DNA of 20,000 nt from an uncultured virus (IMG/VR IMGVR_UViG_3300025018_000159) (taxonomy: Duplodnaviria; Heunggongvirae; Uroviricota; Caudoviricetes), in the IMG/VR virus record IMGVR_UViG_3300025018_000159. One strand, 5' to 3'. A program made the position numbers and the translations under genes. This document shows positions 16,277 to 20,000 of this stretch, one piece after another. The notes under the pieces were generated by a model. That model was not told the DNA's origin. It made no database searches and worked only from the letters and a program-made list of their open reading frames with translations. Positions within the stretch are counted from its first letter, which is position 1; each line of letters starts with the position of its first letter.

Positions 16277-16471
16277 TTACCAATCCCAGTCGATGAACTC
16301 AGCCCATGCGTAGGCTTGGATCTTCTCGAACGTGGTTTCCGGCATGACTTCTTTTCCGTCGTATTCGAGGCCGAAGACCCCGTGACAGTAGCGAATAATT
16401 TGAGTGCGCCCGTCGTGCGCTTCCCAGAAGACCTTTCGGCCAGGTGTTTGTCCTTGTAGTTCATTTTTCAT
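16277..16471 (-). CDS. Cassette ORF, hypothetical protein (64 aa)
   Basis: The TAA stop abuts the core of attC B exactly; composition is more protein-like than the overlapping 76-aa frame. Confidence 0.65.
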   Translation of the reverse strand: MKNELQGQTPGRKVFWEAHDGRTQIIRYCHGVFGLEYDGKEVMPETTFEKIQAYAWAEFIDWDW

Positions 16472-16494
16472 CGGTGTTTTGGGGTGATTCGGAA

Positions 16495-16594
16495 ATCGAA
16501 CAAGCGGATCGTGGCGACCCGATCCCGCTCCCCACGGTAGATTTATGTAGGCTTTGAGGGTGCGGGATTGGTCGCCACATCCTTGACGTTCTGC
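16495..16594 (+). other. attC-like site A (100 bp)
   Basis: ATCGAAC-AAGCG-GAT[C]GTGG-CGACC[C]GATCCCGC...GCGGGATTGGTCG-CCACATC-CTTGAC-GTTCTGC; canonical 5-nt and 6-nt spacers and an extra C at position 4 of L''. Confidence 0.9.
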
Positions 16595-16639
16595 TTAAGA
16601 TGTGCCGCGAGGCAGTCCGTGGCGACGGCGAGGAGGCCG

Positions 16640-16807
16640 TCACATTTCAAATCTCTTCACAGAGATAATCTTCGATAGGTGCTGGTAATTCTTCAATTTC
16701 TCCCTAGCCTTCTTGATTGACTTGGCCTGCACTTCAGTTTCCACGGTCTGTCCGTTGCTAAGTGCAACCACACATACCCATGTCACTACTGCGATATTTT
16801 TATCCAT
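16640..16807 (-). CDS. Hypothetical protein (55 aa; not in the ORF track)
   Basis: MDKNIAVVTWVCVVALSNGQTVETEVQAKSIKKAREKLKNYQHLSKIISVKRFEM*; 8-nt overlap with the upstream gene. Confidence 0.7.
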   Translation of the reverse strand: MDKNIAVVTWVCVVALSNGQTVETEVQAKSIKKAREKLKNYQHLSKIISVKRFEM

Positions 16808-17144
16808 GATTCAGGTTTCTGAAATACTCATCCCGCTTTTCCCTGACTTCCTTTTTGGTCTTACCTCTGGCGATCACTCTACCTTTGAAGGTAAACTTGA
16901 ACGGGAGGTCGTAACCAATGTAGCGGTCTGGGTTTTCAGCAGCCTTGCTGGCAGCGGTTTTTTTCCTGCGGACAGGTGCGTTCAGCGAAGCGAAAAACGC
17001 ATCCCTCGCTTTCTCAGCGGCTTTGCCGGAGACCGTGCCGAGGGATTTGCGCCTCTGCTTGTCGTCCACATAGTAGAGGGCGTAGGTGTAGCCGTTGACT
17101 TGGACTAAGGCTGTGCCAAGGGAGGTGTCGGGTATTTCAGTCAT
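16800..17144 (-). CDS. Basic hypothetical protein (114 aa), possibly DNA-binding
   Basis: Start moved to ATG 17144 (MTEIPDT), overlapping the previous stop; two beta-helix-like basic segments (RRKSLG...AEKARD; IARGKTKKEVREKRD). Confidence 0.7.
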   Translation of the reverse strand: MTEIPDTSLGTALVQVNGYTYALYYVDDKQRRKSLGTVSGKAAEKARDAFFASLNAPVRRKKTAASKAAENPDRYIGYDLPFKFTFKGRVIARGKTKKEVREKRDEYFRNLNHG

Positions 17145-17334
17145 GGTTGGGTTTGAGTTTCTTTTTCTGGCATGAAGGGCAGTTGTCCCTGTGGGTGTCG
17201 TTGCCTTCTTCGCGGTCGCCCGCAAGGTAGAGCCAGCGACCACACAGGGATTTGCCACCGCACCCCACGTAATGGAACTTGCTGCGTGGGTTGAGCGGTT
17301 GGGGGTTCCACCATCCTGTAAGTGTGTCACTCAT
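17137..17334 (-). CDS. Small Cys/His-rich hypothetical protein (65 aa)
   Basis: MSDTLTGWW...KFHYV..KSLCGRW...NCPSC; start moved to ATG 17334. Confidence 0.75.
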   Translation of the reverse strand: MSDTLTGWWNPQPLNPRSKFHYVGCGGKSLCGRWLYLAGDREEGNDTHRDNCPSCQKKKLKPNHD

Positions 17335-17539
17335 GCGTGTTGTCGATAAGTTTGATGCCGGAAATGACGGAGAGATTTTTAGAGTAATGTTTTGATTTAA
17401 CGCCTCCATCCTCCCACGGATCAGCCCACGTTTTAAGTTGCATGGTATCTTTTCCTCGATCCACAAAAAGAACGAAAACGCTGTTAATTCCTACAGGAAT
17501 GCGCTCCAGCCGGAGCTTTGGGCGGTTGAAGAGTCTCAT
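17327..17539 (-). CDS. Hypothetical protein (70 aa)
   Basis: Part of the chain of overlapping small - strand genes. Confidence 0.65.
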   Translation of the reverse strand: MRLFNRPKLRLERIPVGINSVFVLFVDRGKDTMQLKTWADPWEDGGVKSKHYSKNLSVISGIKLIDNTHE

Positions 17540-17699
17540 GGCTTCTTGGCTTTCTGTTCTTGGACGTAGGACTTGCTACCACACGGAAATGGCCCCTCTG
17601 GAAGCTTCCTCGGCCAAGGCCATGCTGGTAGAAATTTTGGCCTCTTCTTGTGGTCGTAGCACTGAGTCTTGTCGCCGCTGATAAATGTAGGAACACGTA

Positions 17700-17996
17700 T
17701 CAGTTGTAAACGATCACGCCCTCCAGTTGTCCGGGCGTCCACCCGAGTGCCTTGTTGCGGGTTGCTGCGATGTCGCGGGCTTCGGCTTCCGTGAGGTGAC
17801 GGAGACCCCCCGTGTGGTCACAGAATGCCGTGTAGTTCCATTCGGTGTTCGGTGCCCCGTTGCGTGCCACAGCGTGAACCGTGTCCGGCTTGTCGCTGGT
17901 GTTGTAGCGTTCGAGGGGAGTGCCCTTGACTTGGCTACGGGATTTGGAGACCACTTTAAAGTGGCTAGTGGGTTGCTTTTTAGTTTTGGTGCTCAT
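17700..17996 (-). CDS. Hypothetical protein (98 aa)
   Basis: ATG follows the hairpin-TTTTGGGGTG module; plausible composition. Confidence 0.75.
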   Translation of the reverse strand: MSTKTKKQPTSHFKVVSKSRSQVKGTPLERYNTSDKPDTVHAVARNGAPNTEWNYTAFCDHTGGLRHLTEAEARDIAATRNKALGWTPGQLEGVIVYN

Positions 17997-18205
17997 GTTC
18001 TTTGTAGGTTACACCCCAAAACCCGCTGGCTCTTGCGAACTCAGCGGGTCATTTGTGTTAGGGGTTGTTCTCCCCTTTATTCAGTTAATCGTTTTCATAT
18101 TACTTCCTCCTTTCACCCCAAAACCCTCCCCCGCGTCTTGGCAGGGAAGGGTGGGACGGCTCGTGAGGATAAGTCACAAGCTAACGCTGACGTTGTTGTG
18201 GCAGA

Positions 18206-18553
18206 TCAGGCAGATTCTTTGGGTTGACGTTGGTTTGTTGGCAGTAACCACAGGGAAGAGTAACCTTTGCCGTAGAGGGCATCCAGCGGGACGAGCTGCT
18301 GATTCCGGTAAGATCGCGTCCCCAGTTCGCCGGAGGGCAGGACGATAACCTTGCGGAACCAAGCAGGCCACTTTTTGGTGTATCGCCACAGATAGAGACC
18401 CGGCCTGCGGGGTTCCCGCTGACCCCATGCCCAGCCCTCAGGCGCGGTATCGAACTCCGGGTATTCACTCCCGTGGTTGTCGGCTTCCGTGTGAACGGAA
18501 GTCATCAGCTTGTAGAGGTGCTGGTGCGGTTTCAGTTTGGTTTTGGTTGTCAT
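18206..18553 (-). CDS. Hypothetical protein (115 aa)
   Basis: AACGACAATG leader; contains PRRPGLYLWR. Confidence 0.75.
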   Translation of the reverse strand: MTTKTKLKPHQHLYKLMTSVHTEADNHGSEYPEFDTAPEGWAWGQREPRRPGLYLWRYTKKWPAWFRKVIVLPSGELGTRSYRNQQLVPLDALYGKGYSSLWLLPTNQRQPKESA

Positions 18554-18590
18554 TGTCGTTGGCGTGATGGTAGTTGAATTGTCCCGAAGG

Positions 18591-18929
18591 TCAAATTGTT
18601 TTCTTCAGTATTTTTGTGATGACTGAGAGGTGGTTGATGATCCTGTTTTTGATCTTTTCCGGGTCTTCCCCGTGCCAGACCACAGGGCTGAGGAAGTGGA
18701 ACTTGTCCGTCCACAGCGGGATCAGTTCCACACGGTGATGGTTCAGCTTGAAGGAATACTCCCTGCCGTCAGGCAGTTTGAAACAGTCGCTTGAGACGGT
18801 GGCTCCCAGCAGGCGTCCGGCTTGGATGAGCTGTGAGTGGACTTCGAGGGTCTTGCGCTGAAGGTTGCTATTCTTCCTGCGGTTCAAGTTGAAAGGCTTG
18901 CGGTTGCGGATGTTGTCGATGAAGTTCAT
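18591..18929 (-). CDS. Hypothetical protein (112 aa)
   Basis: ATGA overlap with the upstream gene. Confidence 0.75.
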   Translation of the reverse strand: MNFIDNIRNRKPFNLNRRKNSNLQRKTLEVHSQLIQAGRLLGATVSSDCFKLPDGREYSFKLNHHRVELIPLWTDKFHFLSPVVWHGEDPEKIKNRIINHLSVITKILKKTI

Positions 18930-19201
18930 TGTTTCTCTAGGTGTGATTTCAGTTCTTGGCTATAGTTGGTAATTACTTGCCCCTCTCCCACAAGTGCTAT
19001 ACCTAAGGTTCCGTGGCTGGTCTTCACCACGGCGAGTTTGTCCTGCACGACCCTGTGCTTGATCCACTGGCGACGTTGCCTGTCCGTCCTGCCCGGTGCG
19101 GCCACAGCCCCTGAAGGGTAGACCACACCGATGAGTTGGACTTTTGCTTGGAGTGCCACGAGGATGGGTGCGACTTTCCGGTTCCAGTTTATGGGGTTCA
19201 T
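18926..19201 (-). CDS. Hypothetical protein (91 aa)
   Basis: Start moved to ATG 19201 (MNPINW); ATGA overlaps at both ends. Confidence 0.75.
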   Translation of the reverse strand: MNPINWNRKVAPILVALQAKVQLIGVVYPSGAVAAPGRTDRQRRQWIKHRVVQDKLAVVKTSHGTLGIALVGEGQVITNYSQELKSHLEKQ

Positions 19202-19527
19202 TGTGATATGCGGTAAAGTTCCCTCCGGCTGTTTGACGCCCAAACCTCCACAGTCTGTCCGGCGTAAACCCGCTTCCAGTCCTTGGCCTCAGGGATCTTG
19301 ATCCCGTCGTTGGCATAGCCTAGGCTGGTGTAGTGAAGTTGGATGTGCTCCAAGCTGGGGTTCAGCCTGTTGCGCCTCCAAAGGTCGAAGTCCCTGGCCT
19401 TGATCTCCGCAACCTCGTGGATGCGTAGACCTTCCCGCTCGATGACGGTGTAGGCTTCCGCAACCGTGGGTGCCGCTGCGACTTGGTTGAGGCCGGAGGC
19501 CGTGTAGTGGAATGCTGCTAGTTTCAT
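19198..19527 (-). CDS. Hypothetical protein (109 aa)
   Basis: The likely start is ATG 19527 (MKLAAFHY), overlapping the TGA of the repeat protein. Confidence 0.75.
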   Translation of the reverse strand: MKLAAFHYTASGLNQVAAAPTVAEAYTVIEREGLRIHEVAEIKARDFDLWRRNRLNPSLEHIQLHYTSLGYANDGIKIPEAKDWKRVYAGQTVEVWASNSRRELYRISQ

Positions 19528-20000
19528 GGCTTGAGGTTTTTGAGGGCTGCAATGAGCCAGTTCTTTTTGACAACGGCTTCTTGTTGTGTTTCTGACATTG
19601 CTGCTGACCATGCTGCTGACCATGCTGCTGACCTTGCTGCTGACCTTACTGCTGACCATGCTGCTGACTCTGCTGCTGACTCTGCTGCTGACCTTACTGC
19701 TGACCATGCTGCTGACCATGCTGCTGACTCTGCTGCTGACCTTACTGCTGACCTTGCTGCTGACCTTGTTGCTGACCATGCTGCTGACTCTGCTGCTGAC
19801 CTTACTGCTGACCTTGCTGCTGACCTTGTTGCTGACCATGCTGCTGACTCTGCTGCTGACCTTACTGCTGACCATGCTGCTGACCATGCTGCTGACTCTG
19901 CTGCTGACCTTACTGCTGACCATGCTGCTGACCTTGCTGCTGACCTTGTTGCTGACCATGCTGCTGACTCTGCTGCTGACTCTGCTGCTGACCTTACTGC
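19524..20000 (-). CDS. Ser-Ala-Ala-X tetrapeptide repeat protein, 5'-truncated
   Basis: The frame from 20000 reads AVR SAAE SAAE SAAW SATR SAAR...SAAMSETQQEAVVKKNWLIAALKNLKP*, and its TGA forms an ATGA overlap with the next gene. Confidence 0.8.
   Translation of the reverse strand, partial: AVRSAAESAAESAAWSATRSAARSAAWSAVRSAAESAAWSAAWSAVRSAAESAAWSATRSAARSAVRSAAESAAWSATRSAARSAVRSAAESAAWSAAWSAVRSAAESAAESAAWSAVRSAARSAAWSAAWSAAMSETQQEAVVKKNWLIAALKNLKP
19601..20000. repeat. 12-bp tandem repeat (C/T)TGCTGAC-(CATG/CTTG/CTTA/TCTG), at least 33 units, running off the window
   Basis: Directly visible; includes an exact 60-bp duplication (19741-19800 = 19801-19860). Confidence 0.97.

Larger units (their letters stand above)
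15131..16594 (+). mobile_element. Integron-type gene cassette array without integrase in the window (5 attC-like sites, 4 complete cassettes)
   Basis: Each R' core is the reverse complement of the next R'' core: GTTAGCG/CGCTAAT (1 mismatch), GTTGTGG/CCACAAC, GTTACGC/GCGTAAC, GTTCGAT/ATCGAAC. Confidence 0.85.

Noticed and set aside
16234..16464. 76-aa alternative ORF in the cassette next to attC A
   Set aside because: Ser/Thr/Arg-rich shadow-like composition, so the 64-aa frame is preferred. It is not fully excluded, since it uses the Asn frame through attC B.
17484..17742. ORFs of 68-70 aa between the 98-aa and 70-aa genes
   Set aside because: Several frames are open and none has a convincing start, so I could not choose one.
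19198..19959. 253-aa VSSK/VSSM repeat ORF from the track
   Set aside because: Probably an artefact of a stop-free repeat joined to a real 109-aa gene; the SAAx frame ends in an ATGA overlap at 19524-19527 and explains the region better.
19601..20000. CRISPR array or DGR variable repeat
   Set aside because: The units are 12-bp head-to-tail with no unique spacers, there is no separate template/variable repeat pair, and no reverse transcriptase is present in the window.

Overview
This window is a segment of a tailed dsDNA phage genome. From left to right it holds: the 3' part of a large + strand protein, probably a virion protein (<1-2099); a long - strand replication/recombination operon (family A DNA polymerase, beta-clamp-like protein, SF2 helicase, Cas4-like nuclease, VRR-NUC nuclease, acidic-tailed SSB, DEDDh exonuclease, Sak4-like ATPase); a divergent HTH gene plus primase-helicase (+); and a - strand region of small accessory genes ending in a Ser-Ala-Ala-X repeat protein. 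The replication operon also carries a complete tmRNA gene (11495-11903) and a cluster of T-loop-containing RNA structures (about 8905-9240). The main discovery is at 15131-16594: five integron attC-like sites delimit four gene cassettes, and the core sites match from one site to the next as the cassette rule predicts (one single-base exception). There is no integrase in the window. All cassette ORFs lie antisense to the attC orientation, and several of their starts and stops are built into the attC hairpins. All calls come from manual reading; no database search was run.
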